From Synergistaceae bacterium (GTDB lineage: Bacteria > Synergistota > Synergistia > Synergistales > Synergistaceae), in contig JAIRWR010000029.1 in NCBI GenBank assembly GCA_031268885.1, positions 5,120 to 69,119 on the forward strand: DNA of 64,000 bases, read 5' to 3'. The stretch's first letter is position 1. Each line of letters starts with the position of its first letter. The notes under the pieces were generated by a model. It ran no database searches. It was given only the letters and a program-made list of their open reading frames with translations, and was not told the origin of the DNA. The translations under genes and the position numbers were made by a program. Below are positions 19,336 to 28,249 of the stretch, piece after piece.

Positions 19336-19582
19336 AGCGTATCACTCCGCGCCGCACGATTTCGCGCGAATCCCAAAGGACTATATTAGACGCGTTTGGG
19401 TCCTCAAGAGCTCTCTTCAAGATTTTCTCTCCCTTGGCGTAGATCCCTTGGAAAAAATTATAGCTTATTCGTTCCGCTGTAAGATAGCTGGAGAGTTCAA
19501 AGTTCTAAAGCGCGGCATGATTTCGCTTCACATTAAAAAAAAGAAGCGGAGGCTTATGAAGAGATCGGATTTACCTGAGGAG

Positions 19583-19595
19583 GCAATAAACACCG
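19583..19595. repeat. Left copy of the 13-nt direct repeat GCAATAAACACCG at the boundary of the AT-richer segment.
   Basis: Identical 13-mer at 35628..35640. Both copies are intergenic and both are followed within 1-7 nt by ATCAG. Confidence 0.5.
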
Positions 19596-19630
19596 AAAAA
19601 AATCAGAGCCCCGCGCGATAGCGAGGCTCC
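19596..19630 (-). terminator. Intrinsic terminator after the 139-aa gene.
   Basis: The reverse strand reads GAGCCTCGC-TATCGC-GCGGGGCTC (9-bp stem with one G-U), then TGA and TTTTTTT. Confidence 0.7.
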
Positions 19631-19683
19631 AACTTTAACAGTTATAGATGGAAATATAGGGGACAGAGACGCTTATATCTCCT

Positions 19684-20103
19684 TTAATCTTCTTCGTCGT
19701 AGTAACTGTTCACTTCCCAGTCCACCCCAGCGCGGAGCCTAAAGCTTCCTTTACGGGCCTTGATTATAAAATCCTTTTTCTTGACGAATTCCTGCTCTTC
19801 CCGCTCGCCTCTAGCACTCTTCCAATCTCCTGATTCAAAGGCGCTGCCATCGACGAGCAGCCAAACATCTTTCGTCCGCTCGAACCAGCACCCTTCAAAG
19901 TTATGCTTGAACCACTGGGGTAGATCATCTGGGTTATTGGAGATGACATAGGGGTCACTCTGCGTACCCTTGCCAGTTATCGCCAATGCCACCGAGATAT
20001 TGGCCAGCAACAACGCTACTGCCACCAAAACTAACACGATTATTTTTTTCACTGCGCTACCTGCTTTCTGGAGCAATTCCCCAAATATATTTGGCTTCAC
20101 CAA
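19684..20103 (-). CDS. Hypothetical membrane-anchored or secreted protein (139 aa).
   Basis: Hydrophobic segment KKIIVLVLVAVALLLANISVALA followed by a soluble domain (SDPYVISNNPDDLPQWFKHNFEGCWFERTKDVW...). No family recognised. Start uncertain (TTG with a poor RBS). Confidence 0.5.
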   Translation of the reverse strand: MVKPNIFGELLQKAGSAVKKIIVLVLVAVALLLANISVALAITGKGTQSDPYVISNNPDDLPQWFKHNFEGCWFERTKDVWLLVDGSAFESGDWKSARGEREEQEFVKKKDFIIKARKGSFRLRAGVDWEVNSYYDEED

Positions 20104-20496
20104 AGAGGTGGAAAAGCCTAACTCTATATTAAAGAGCTAGATCTGCTTAGACTTAATGACGATCTCGCAAAATTGAGATGGATTAAGTGCTAAACTTAAT
20201 TATTTCACGTAGTATATCATATCATATAGCAAATATCAAGATTAAATGGGATATATAGGCAAAATACGCGGTTTTTTGGTCAGTAATAGCTTAAACTCGA
20301 CTTTGGAGTCCGCGTTAAGTTTCCGGATCTCAGGATCCGCAGGACAATATTGATGGAGATATTGTAGCTGTGGTCGAATATCGTGACGGTTTGCTGATCG
20401 ACAGCATCCGCCAGGCAAAAGCCCGATAATATGGGCGACAAATACCAGGCCACAGCAATACCCCTAGCAGCAAACGTCAGGTTCTACTCACACAAA

Positions 20497-22407
20497 TTAC
20501 CTTTGATCGCGCAATAATTCGAAGACTGTAGTTGTAGCATCATGTATCGCGTCGATTGCAAGAGAGGGTTTCTTTACGTCACCAATGCGTAAAGTCAAAC
20601 CACGGCATGTTTTTTCAAGTTCTTCCGCTGCTTTTTTGTCGATCCTCCGCCCTATACACACCACGGCACAGTCAAAACCATCAATAATCGTATTTTTTGA
20701 CCTATCTTTAGTATTAACGTATACCACGCGCGGTAAGTCTATTTCCTCTATTATAACATTTAAGCGAACATCGATATTTGTTTCGGCAATACGTTTTAAC
20801 ATAAAATAGCGTCTGCTCGGGACAAGGTCCGTCGCAATGTCATCCTTCATTTCAAACAAAACGATTTCTTTACCCATTGATGCCAAAAACTCCGCCGTTT
20901 CGCACCCTACCAGCCCACCCCCTATTATCGCTACCTTGCGTCCGCTTGGCGGGTTCGAAATAGCATCGTCTCCCGTCATGACTAAAGGGTTTTCCATGCC
21001 TTTGAATGGCGGCACAAAAGGCAAACTACCAGTAGCTATTATCAAGATATCAGGGTCAATCTCCTCTATCATTTTTGCGTCTACTGTCTTCCCACACTTT
21101 ATCTCCACGTTTAATTGGGCGAGACGTTCGACGCGGTAGCGAACCATGTGCCCCATGTTTGCTTTGAAGGGAGGCATTTTGGCTAAGCGTATCAAACCTC
21201 CGGGTTCGTCATATTTTTCGAAAACTAAAGGATTCAATCCTTTTTCAGCCAGAATCGTCGCGGCTTGTAGACCTGCGGGACCAGCCCCGACAATTACTAT
21301 TTTCTTCTGTTTCAGCAAGTCGGAAGCTTCCGGTATATTAAGTGTGTGGAGCCTCCCCAGAAATGGATTCTGGGTACATCTCACAACTTTTCTCAGCCCA
21401 GGAGAACCTGTCCTGCATCCTTGATTACATCCGATACAACGTAACGGCGGCCTTCGATCAACTCCGAGATATTTATTGACAAGCGCAGGGTCTGCCAAAA
21501 GTGCTCTGCCCATACCGACGAGATCCGCCATGCCTGTTTCTATCAAGTTGCCAGCTTGTTCGATACTGACTACACGCGCCAACCCGACTACCGGAATCGT
21601 CAAAACATCTTTTATCGCCTTCACCGCAGGCATGTTATATCCGTCGGGCATGTCCATTGGAGCACATTTATATGCTTCCGATTCTGTCATCCCAATAGAT
21701 ACTGATATACAATCCGCGCCAGCGGATTGAATTAATTTAGCTATCTCAATAGTCTCCGGAAGTTCACGTCCCCCTGGTGTCATTTCGTCACTGCTAATCT
21801 TGAATGAAATTGGAAAATCGGCGCCGCATGAATCTCGAATATTTCTGATAATGTCCAGCGATAATTTTGCCCGTTTCTCCGGACTCCCCCCGTACTCATC
21901 GGAGCGTCTGTTGCTCTTGGGCGACAGGAAATCGGCGATGTACTGCTCATGACATCCTTCTATCTCAACGCCATCAACTCCGCAATCCATCAGCCTTTTA
22001 GCGGCTAGTCCATAGTAATCGGTGAGTAGCGTCAAGATCTCATGGTTGAATTCACCAGGTGTTTTCAGCCTATTACCAGCATCGTCAAAGACTGGCGCCG
22101 GATGCAACTGACAAAAAAGGCGCGCGCCGTTTTTATGGGCTATTTCAGCAAGGTCTCCCCAGTCTTTTTTGCAGACGTCGTCGCCAATGTAGGGTCTGGC
22201 AGCAACTCCTCCTCCATGAGGATTACCTGGAATAATAGCTAGTCCAACACCGCCATCTGTGATACTCTTGAAGAACTCGCGAAAATCGTCGCTTACCGTT
22301 CCATCGTCATTACAAAAAAAAGTGCATATAGACGGGAAGACTATACGATTTTTAAGCGTAACTTTGCTTATATTTACGCGCGTTAAGGCCTTATTTTCAC
22401 TGCTCAT
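20497..22407 (-). CDS. Old-yellow-enzyme / 2,4-dienoyl-CoA-reductase (FadH)-type enoate reductase (FMN TIM barrel + 4Fe-4S + FAD/NAD(P) domain).
   Basis: OYE N-terminus (LKNRIVFPSI...), cluster motif CIGCNQGC, dinucleotide fold VIVGAGPAGLQAA. The preferred start MSSENK at 22407 overlaps the Dabb stop as ATGA. Confidence 0.85.
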   Translation of the reverse strand: MSSENKALTRVNISKVTLKNRIVFPSICTFFCNDDGTVSDDFREFFKSITDGGVGLAIIPGNPHGGGVAARPYIGDDVCKKDWGDLAEIAHKNGARLFCQLHPAPVFDDAGNRLKTPGEFNHEILTLLTDYYGLAAKRLMDCGVDGVEIEGCHEQYIADFLSPKSNRRSDEYGGSPEKRAKLSLDIIRNIRDSCGADFPISFKISSDEMTPGGRELPETIEIAKLIQSAGADCISVSIGMTESEAYKCAPMDMPDGYNMPAVKAIKDVLTIPVVGLARVVSIEQAGNLIETGMADLVGMGRALLADPALVNKYLGVDRRPPLRCIGCNQGCRTGSPGLRKVVRCTQNPFLGRLHTLNIPEASDLLKQKKIVIVGAGPAGLQAATILAEKGLNPLVFEKYDEPGGLIRLAKMPPFKANMGHMVRYRVERLAQLNVEIKCGKTVDAKMIEEIDPDILIIATGSLPFVPPFKGMENPLVMTGDDAISNPPSGRKVAIIGGGLVGCETAEFLASMGKEIVLFEMKDDIATDLVPSRRYFMLKRIAETNIDVRLNVIIEEIDLPRVVYVNTKDRSKNTIIDGFDCAVVCIGRRIDKKAAEELEKTCRGLTLRIGDVKKPSLAIDAIHDATTTVFELLRDQR

Positions 22408-22700
22408 ATTTCGTAGTCGGCCACTGCTCGTTCGCATGTTACAGATTTTACGTATTTCTGATTTTGTTTGTGCAGTGGATGATCTATATAGAAAGCTAAT
22501 GCGTCCTTATCCTTGAATCGTGAATTTAAACAGATGTCGAAGCCATTTGGATTGAAATTCTTTCCCACTTCCAGGTCAAGCAAGCCCTCTATTTTGCCCA
22601 CAAGCCCCTCCAGATTGTTTTTTATTATCTCTTTGTTTTCGTCTTTGGTATGTCCTTCCGCGAAATCTTTCAATTTCCACATGACTATATGCCTTAACAT
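22404..22700 (-). CDS. Dabb (stress-responsive alpha/beta barrel) family protein.
   Basis: MLRHIVMWKLKDFAEG...DALAFYIDHPLH. RBS AGAGAGGGGG lies before the ATG at 22700. Confidence 0.8.
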   Translation of the reverse strand: MLRHIVMWKLKDFAEGHTKDENKEIIKNNLEGLVGKIEGLLDLEVGKNFNPNGFDICLNSRFKDKDALAFYIDHPLHKQNQKYVKSVTCERAVADYEI

Positions 22701-22734
22701 GAAAATCCCCCTCTCTGTATTTATCACTTATAAG

Positions 22735-23598
22735 CTATGCCAATGGCAGAAGCTTATCATAGTTGCCAGACATCATTGCCTCAAGGTCTTTCAGTGAAAC
22801 ACCTAGCATATTAAGTGTGTACGCAAATGCGCGAATCGCCTCGTGGGGCATGCTTTTCCTCGGGTGCCCGCAGTCGCTGCCTATGATGAACCGCTCGCTG
22901 CCGAAGCGAGATACGGCTTCCGAGTACAAGTGAATATCTATTGGTTTTGGCAATGGATTTAGCGCGTTAGTGGAGAATTCTACAAAAGCTCCATTTTCAA
23001 CAGCTTCTTTGAGTTGTTCCATAGTAAAAGCGGGTGGCGTGAAAAATGGATGAGTGACCACTATTTTCTTTAAACCGACATCCTTAGCTACTTTAATAAG
23101 TTCTAGACTCTCATCAGGGGAGAGATGCCCAGTGCTTAGGATGGCGTCATACTGCAAAACAAGTTTGCAGATCACAGGGACCTCCGATTTTACCTTACCG
23201 GACTCGTCCAATATCGTGACAGGTTTAAAATCATATCCGTTAGCCGGATTGAACAGTCCAGGTTTCCCATCTAACATGACCTGATATGCCGAGTGGAATG
23301 TCGGCATCCATACTAATTTTGCGCCGAATTGCAGCGCGGCATCGACTGCGGCGGGGTTTATTCCTCCAGTCTGCATATTGAGTGTTATACCGCCGTAAAC
23401 CTTTATGCCCTCGACAGTTTTTTCAGTATGATAAGCTCTGCCCATAGTCGTATCCAGATGACATTTTATGCCTATCGCGCGCATTCCCGCATCCCTACAC
23501 GCTAACGCGACATCGACATCATCACCTACGCGTTCCCCCAGATCCGGACTCGAATGAATATGGAGATCACAAGCCCCTTTAACGGATATCTTTGGCAT
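22735..23598 (-). CDS. Amidohydrolase-superfamily (TIM-barrel, metal-dependent hydrolase-like) protein of unknown specificity.
   Basis: N-terminal DLHIHSSPD (HxH-type metal motif), later THPFF and GSDCGH blocks, RBS GAGGAG. Specific family not recognised. Confidence 0.6.
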   Translation of the reverse strand: MPKISVKGACDLHIHSSPDLGERVGDDVDVALACRDAGMRAIGIKCHLDTTMGRAYHTEKTVEGIKVYGGITLNMQTGGINPAAVDAALQFGAKLVWMPTFHSAYQVMLDGKPGLFNPANGYDFKPVTILDESGKVKSEVPVICKLVLQYDAILSTGHLSPDESLELIKVAKDVGLKKIVVTHPFFTPPAFTMEQLKEAVENGAFVEFSTNALNPLPKPIDIHLYSEAVSRFGSERFIIGSDCGHPRKSMPHEAIRAFAYTLNMLGVSLKDLEAMMSGNYDKLLPLA

Positions 23599-23651
23599 GA
23601 AATTTCACTCCTCACAGTTAAATACTTGATTATATTAAAATAATCACGAAT

Positions 23652-23758
23652 GATGTAAAAAAATTTTATCAGACCACATTGACTCTTGTAAAATTAGTGG
23701 ATAATATAAGTGCATATATGTATAAAAAATATTTATATTATGGGTGAAAATAATCATG
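23652..23758. repeat. Left arm of the inverted repeat flanking the LysR gene (107 bp).
   Basis: The reverse complement of 24715..24824 matches it. The only differences are one A in an A-run and a 14 vs 18 nt TA/TG-rich segment. The outer ~56 nt and inner 35 nt are identical. Confidence 0.95.
23663..23692 (-). promoter_or_regulatory. Outward-facing sigma70-like promoter in the left repeat arm, driving the amidohydrolase-Dabb-enoate reductase operon.
   Basis: The reverse strand reads TTTACA, 17 nt, ATAAAAT. The predicted +1 falls within a few nt of the repeat outer edge (23652). Confidence 0.5.
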
Positions 23759-24685
23759 CTGCTGAAGGACTTACGTTATGTAATGGACATATTTGAAACA
23801 AAAAATTTATCAAAGAGCGCAAGCCGTCTTTTCGTGACACAGCCTACGCTGACGCAATCTGTCAAAAGGCTTGAGGATTTTTTCTCGTCGAGGCTCTTCG
23901 AGAGAACTAAACACGGTATGGAACCAACTCCCGAGGGAATTCTGTTCATGGAGTACGCGTCGGATATAATAGCGCGTTGTGAAAAACTTAGAGAACGGAT
24001 GAAAAATGTTACACAGGGCGGGAAAGCATACTTGAAGGTTGGAACGGGGAAACTGTACGGAAAACATTTCATGCCGCTTTACATCAAGCCGTTCGGAGAA
24101 CGTCGGCCAGACATTGATATCGAATTCATTGAAGATCGTTCCGTGATTTTGGAATCAATGCTATTAAACGGCATCCTTGATATTGGCATCATACCAGCTC
24201 CCATAGAATCTAACATATTGATATCGCGGCCTCTTTTTTACGAGGAACTCTTCCTCGCTCTCCCCAGAGATCATAAGATGAATCTGCCCTATTATAACTA
24301 TACAGTTGCTGGAACCTTCCCTGAAATTGATCTGCACCTCCTCTCCGGTGAGATTTTCATAATTTCGAAGACGGGGTACAAATTACACGACCTTTTTACA
24401 AACATGTGTAAGATGATGGGCTTCAAACCACGAAGCACACTTGAAATCGAGAGCGTCGATACGATAATAAGCTTCGTAAGGAATAACAAAGGCATAGGGT
24501 TTGTACCCGATTCTTTCGCGAGGCGTGAGATGTGGGCGGAGAGCGTTAATTATTATCGTATAAAAAACGCGAACTGCAAACGGGCTTTTATGATAGTTCA
24601 TGCGGATGAGACAAAATTATCGCTTACCGCCGCCGAATTCGTGTCAGTTCTCTTTGAAATACAGGAAAAAATAGGATATAAATAA
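23756..24685 (+). CDS. LysR-family transcriptional regulator.
   Basis: N-terminal wHTH LKDLRYVMDIFETKNLSKSASRLFVTQPTLTQSVKRLE followed by a LysR substrate-binding domain. The start is ATG 23756 or GTG 23744; both lie inside the repeat arm. Confidence 0.9.
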   Translation: MLLKDLRYVMDIFETKNLSKSASRLFVTQPTLTQSVKRLEDFFSSRLFERTKHGMEPTPEGILFMEYASDIIARCEKLRERMKNVTQGGKAYLKVGTGKLYGKHFMPLYIKPFGERRPDIDIEFIEDRSVILESMLLNGILDIGIIPAPIESNILISRPLFYEELFLALPRDHKMNLPYYNYTVAGTFPEIDLHLLSGEIFIISKTGYKLHDLFTNMCKMMGFKPRSTLEIESVDTIISFVRNNKGIGFVPDSFARREMWAESVNYYRIKNANCKRAFMIVHADETKLSLTAAEFVSVLFEIQEKIGYK

Positions 24686-24714
24686 AAGAATCTCTCGACG
24701 TTGGTCCCGTGTAG

Positions 24715-24824
24715 CATGATTATTTTCACCCATAATATAAATATTTTTTATACATACATACATATATTTATATTATCCACTAATTTTACAAGAGTCAATG
24801 TGGTCTGATAAAATTTTTTACATC
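24715..24824. repeat. Right arm of the inverted repeat flanking the LysR gene (110 bp).
   Basis: See the left arm. It includes an inverted copy of the first LysR codons (CATGATTATTTTCAC). Confidence 0.95.
24785..24814 (+). promoter_or_regulatory. Outward-facing sigma70-like promoter in the right repeat arm, reading towards tctC.
   Basis: TTTACA (24785-24790), 17 nt, ATAAAAT (24808-24814). Sequence identical to the promoter in the left arm. Confidence 0.5.
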
Positions 24825-25023
24825 GGTTGAGCATATCTCTATTCTTGATGCCCTTATCAAATGTGACGAGGGAAAAGCTGAGCAAGCCCTCGAAAGATTA
24901 CTTTTTCTTCATTGCGTGAAGCGTTCCAAGGAGTGGCTTCATTGTTTTGAAGACATGAATCACTTTTCATGTGCGATCAAAAAAGGAGGGAGGGATCTAT
25001 TTGAGGAAAAATTGATCGACTAG
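24825..25023 (+). pseudogene. 5'-truncated remnant of a GntR-family (FCD C-terminal domain) regulator gene.
   Basis: The frame is open from the repeat edge to TAG 25021-25023 with no start codon. It reads VEHISILDALIKCDEGKAEQALERLLFLHCVKRSKEWL..., matching the EH..I..A....D...A.....H signature of FCD domain C-termini. Confidence 0.55.
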
Positions 25024-25133
25024 AAATACTGTTCTGCGCTGAAAAAGTGTCCAACTTTAGGTCCCGAATAGAACAAGGAATCAGTATTCGGCGACGGCAT
25101 GGCGACAATTTTCGACATAGAGGGGGAAGAGTT

Positions 25134-26096
25134 TTGAAAAAGGCGGTTTTGTTGATCGCGATAGCTTTTGTGTATTCTATACTTGGCGCGTCTGTATCTT
25201 TTGCTGCTGATTTCCCATCGAGAAAAATAGACATTATAGTTCCCTTCGGCCCCGGCAGCGGGACCGATACTACGATGAGAGCACTGGCGCCCTCGTTGCA
25301 AAAAGTACTCGGAGTTCCTGTCGTCGTTCAGAATATTGAGGGGAGCAGCGGACTTCGTGGTTTGGAGTACGCGTCCAAACAGCCCGCGGATGGCTATACG
25401 TTATTTCTGAACAACACCACGCATATATTGTTGGAGATGCAAAACCTCTCTCCCATAGCGCTTACCCAGAGCTTCGATCCGGTGGCTTGCGTGGTTCAGG
25501 ACTCGGTATTATTTACGGCGTCGGCGAATGGGCGCTTTAAGACCTGGAAGGATGTAGTCGCTTACGCTAAAGAAAATCCAGGCAAGGTCACAGTTTCCGG
25601 TTCTAGCCCCAGGGGAGTGGATGGCGTTTCTACACTCATGGTGGCCAAAGGAGCTGGAATAGAGGTTACATTCATCCCGTTCAACAGCGGCGCGGAGGCG
25701 ATGAGCGCCATCCTTGGCGGTCACGTCGACTTGGGAAATATGGGCCCGGCAGACGCTATGGAGATGATAAGAGGCGGCGAGATGAATGGTATTCTCGTAA
25801 CTTCCGAAAAGAGATTGGATATATTCCCAGACACCCCCACCACGTACGACGAGGGAATCAATGTGACAGCCGGAGCCTGGCGCGCGCTTGCCGTACCGAA
25901 AGGAACACCCCCTGAGGTAATCTCTAAACTTGAAAGCGCCATTAGAGAGGCGTATGACAGTCCGGAATTCCAGAAGTGGCTCAAGGATGTGACGTTGGAT
26001 CAACGTCCCGGCTGGAAAGATGCCAAGGGCCTCGGCGAACTCTGGCAGAGCGAGCTAATATACTTCAAGAAAGCTTTCGAAGAGATAGGATTGTAA
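25134..26096 (+). CDS. tctC: Tripartite tricarboxylate transporter substrate-binding protein (TctC / Bug family).
   Basis: Signal peptide LKKAVLLIAIAFVYSILGASVSFA. Bug-family blocks IDIIVPFGPGSGTDT and FIPFNSGAEA. The preferred start is TTG 25134 behind GAGGGGGA; the track start 25047 lacks an RBS. Confidence 0.85.
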   Translation: MKKAVLLIAIAFVYSILGASVSFAADFPSRKIDIIVPFGPGSGTDTTMRALAPSLQKVLGVPVVVQNIEGSSGLRGLEYASKQPADGYTLFLNNTTHILLEMQNLSPIALTQSFDPVACVVQDSVLFTASANGRFKTWKDVVAYAKENPGKVTVSGSSPRGVDGVSTLMVAKGAGIEVTFIPFNSGAEAMSAILGGHVDLGNMGPADAMEMIRGGEMNGILVTSEKRLDIFPDTPTTYDEGINVTAGAWRALAVPKGTPPEVISKLESAIREAYDSPEFQKWLKDVTLDQRPGWKDAKGLGELWQSELIYFKKAFEEIGL

Positions 26097-26127
26097 TTTT
26101 TCCGTAGACCTTAATTCCTCAAAGAAA

Positions 26128-26170
26128 GGCTCTTTCATCTAGGCGCTATACCGAGAAGAGAGGGCCTTTT
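26128..26170 (+). terminator. Imperfect hairpin plus TTTT between tctC and tctB (possible partial terminator/attenuator).
   Basis: GGCTCTTTC...GAAGAGAGGGCC stem with G-U pairs, then TTTT. This placement is typical for binding-protein over-expression relative to permease genes. Confidence 0.3.
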
Positions 26171-26199
26171 AAAATAAAAACTATCAAGGAGGTGCGGAA

Positions 26200-26700
26200 A
26201 TGGGTATAGAAATAATAGTGAACATAGTTTTCCTCTTGTTTTGCGTTTTTTGTTTCATACACGTCGGTGTTGGCGTTCAGCCTCTGGCCATACCCGGAGC
26301 CCTGAGTGGATCGGCATGGCCGAGAACGATTCTCGCTGGGCTTATAGTGGCGGTCACTCTGAATATTTACCTCACATATCGAAAAAACCATGCGCCTGGC
26401 GCGCCGCGAGAGATTCCGTTCAAAGAGTTCATGCCCCCGAAATTCATACTCTCCTTTGTCCTCATGTTGTTTTACGCGATAGGGATAAACTACCTGGGTT
26501 TCATCGTCAGTACGTTCATCTTTATCACCGCGTTTTCATATGTGATAGGGCTCAGGGAAAAAATCAAGATGATCTTTGGTGGCTTGGTAAGCACTGGAGT
26601 AATTTATATTGTCTTTCAGATCTTCCTCCAAGTGATGCTTCCGCGCGGAGTCGGTATTTTTCGCGAGATAAGCTTATGGCTAGAATTGTTAATACAGTGA
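26200..26700 (+). CDS. tctB: Tripartite tricarboxylate transporter small membrane subunit.
   Basis: 166 aa, four predicted hydrophobic helices, located between tctC and tctA. RBS AAGGAGGTG. Confidence 0.8.
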   Translation: MGIEIIVNIVFLLFCVFCFIHVGVGVQPLAIPGALSGSAWPRTILAGLIVAVTLNIYLTYRKNHAPGAPREIPFKEFMPPKFILSFVLMLFYAIGINYLGFIVSTFIFITAFSYVIGLREKIKMIFGGLVSTGVIYIVFQIFLQVMLPRGVGIFREISLWLELLIQ

Positions 26701-26710
26701 GGTGGCTGTC

Positions 26711-28216
26711 ATGAATCTTTTAGATTTGCTTGTCGCTGGCGCCAATGTAGTATTTACGCCCACCATATTGCTTTTTATATGTATCGGCAACGTAACAGGG
26801 GTAATCTTCGGGGCTCTGCCTGGGATCAGCGCGGCTATGGCTGTGGCGTTGATGGTTCCCTTTACCCTTACGCTCGACCCCATCGGTTCCATCGCTTTTC
26901 TCTCGGCTGTCTATTGTTCAGCGATAACGGGAGGCGGTATTCCAGCAATACTGTTCAAGATTCCCGGAACTCCATCAAGCGCCGTAACGACATTCGACGG
27001 TTTCCCTCTGGCACAAAGAGGACAGGCCGGCAAGGCGCTCTTATTAGTGCTGGTCTCCTCCGCTTTTGGCGGAATAGTCTCCGCTTTCGCCATGCTTCTC
27101 GTCTCGAGACAGCTTTCAAGTCTAGGGCTTCAATTCGGGCCGTCCGAACTCTTCGCGATAGCCTTCCTCGGCCTCAGCGTGCTGACGAGTATGGACGAAG
27201 ACAGAATGCTCAAAACAGTGATATCTGGTCTCACCGGATTGTTACTGGCAACTATAGCTATGGATCCTCTTGAAGGGACGCCGCGTTTAACGTTCGGTTT
27301 CGTGTATCTGCTGGGAGGCATACCGATGATTCCCATGATGGTCGGCATGTTCGCCGTATCGGAGGTTTTAAAGCAGGTCTGCAACCCCACGGAATTCGAC
27401 AAAATTGATGGCGGCTACCTGAAAGACTCTCCCATGAGGTTGTCTTTTTCCGAATGGTGGGGGCTCAAGTGGACTATGATCCGCTGTTCAGTTCTTGGGA
27501 CACTGGTCGGGATACTGCCCGGCGCGGGAGCAACCATTGCGTCGTTCCTGGGGTACGGTATGGAGATAAAACTCTCAAAACATCCGGAAGAGTTTGGAAA
27601 CGGTTCTCTAACAGGATTGTGCGCCTCAGAAACATCAAATAACGCCGCTACCGGAGGCTCGATGGTGCCATTGTTGTCCCTTGGCATACCAGGAGGTAAT
27701 TCGGCCGCGGTTATGGTAGCGGCATTAATGCTTCAGGGGGTTCAGGTAGGACCAATGCTCTTGAAAGCCCAGCCTACCTATCTTTCAAGTGTTTTCATAT
27801 CCATGATAGTCACCAACGTGATGATGGTCTTCATCTCGATAGCAGTGGCCAAGATGTTCTCTAAACTGATAAAAATTCCGTACTATTCACTGGGACCACT
27901 TATTATCCTGTTCGCAGCCGTGGGGAGCTACGCGGCACAGAACAATACAGGAGATGTGATGGTTACAATGTTAGCGGGCCTCGCTGGATATTTCATGGCT
28001 GAATTTAAATATTCTCCAGCTGCTCTCACGCTTGGTCTCGTCCTCGGTGATATATGCGAGAACAACCTAAGACGAGCGGTGATGATAGAACACGGCGACA
28101 TGCTGAACGTGTTCTCACGGCCCATAACAGCCACGTTGCTTGTCCTATGTGTGATATTCATTATCGTTCCTATAATAAGAAAACGGATGAGAGACAAACA
28201 CGCGCTGCTCTCCTGA
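26711..28216 (+). CDS. tctA: Tripartite tricarboxylate transporter large permease subunit.
   Basis: ~500 aa polytopic protein with GALPGISAAMAVAL and GILPGAGATIASF repeats typical of TctA. ATG 26711 lies behind GAGGTGG. Confidence 0.9.
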   Translation: MNLLDLLVAGANVVFTPTILLFICIGNVTGVIFGALPGISAAMAVALMVPFTLTLDPIGSIAFLSAVYCSAITGGGIPAILFKIPGTPSSAVTTFDGFPLAQRGQAGKALLLVLVSSAFGGIVSAFAMLLVSRQLSSLGLQFGPSELFAIAFLGLSVLTSMDEDRMLKTVISGLTGLLLATIAMDPLEGTPRLTFGFVYLLGGIPMIPMMVGMFAVSEVLKQVCNPTEFDKIDGGYLKDSPMRLSFSEWWGLKWTMIRCSVLGTLVGILPGAGATIASFLGYGMEIKLSKHPEEFGNGSLTGLCASETSNNAATGGSMVPLLSLGIPGGNSAAVMVAALMLQGVQVGPMLLKAQPTYLSSVFISMIVTNVMMVFISIAVAKMFSKLIKIPYYSLGPLIILFAAVGSYAAQNNTGDVMVTMLAGLAGYFMAEFKYSPAALTLGLVLGDICENNLRRAVMIEHGDMLNVFSRPITATLLVLCVIFIIVPIIRKRMRDKHALLS

Positions 28217-28249
28217 TCAAATTAAATTTTGAATAAATAATCATATTTA

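Noticed and set aside
23652-24824. The inverted-repeat-flanked LysR cassette as an IS/MITE-like transposon or a phase-variable invertible switch.
   Set aside because: There is no transposase or invertase. There is no target-site duplication outside the arms (flanks CACGAAT vs GGTTGAG). Because the arms are identical, inversion would recreate the same promoter-gene junctions, so it would be phenotypically silent. Promoter duplication is the better explanation.
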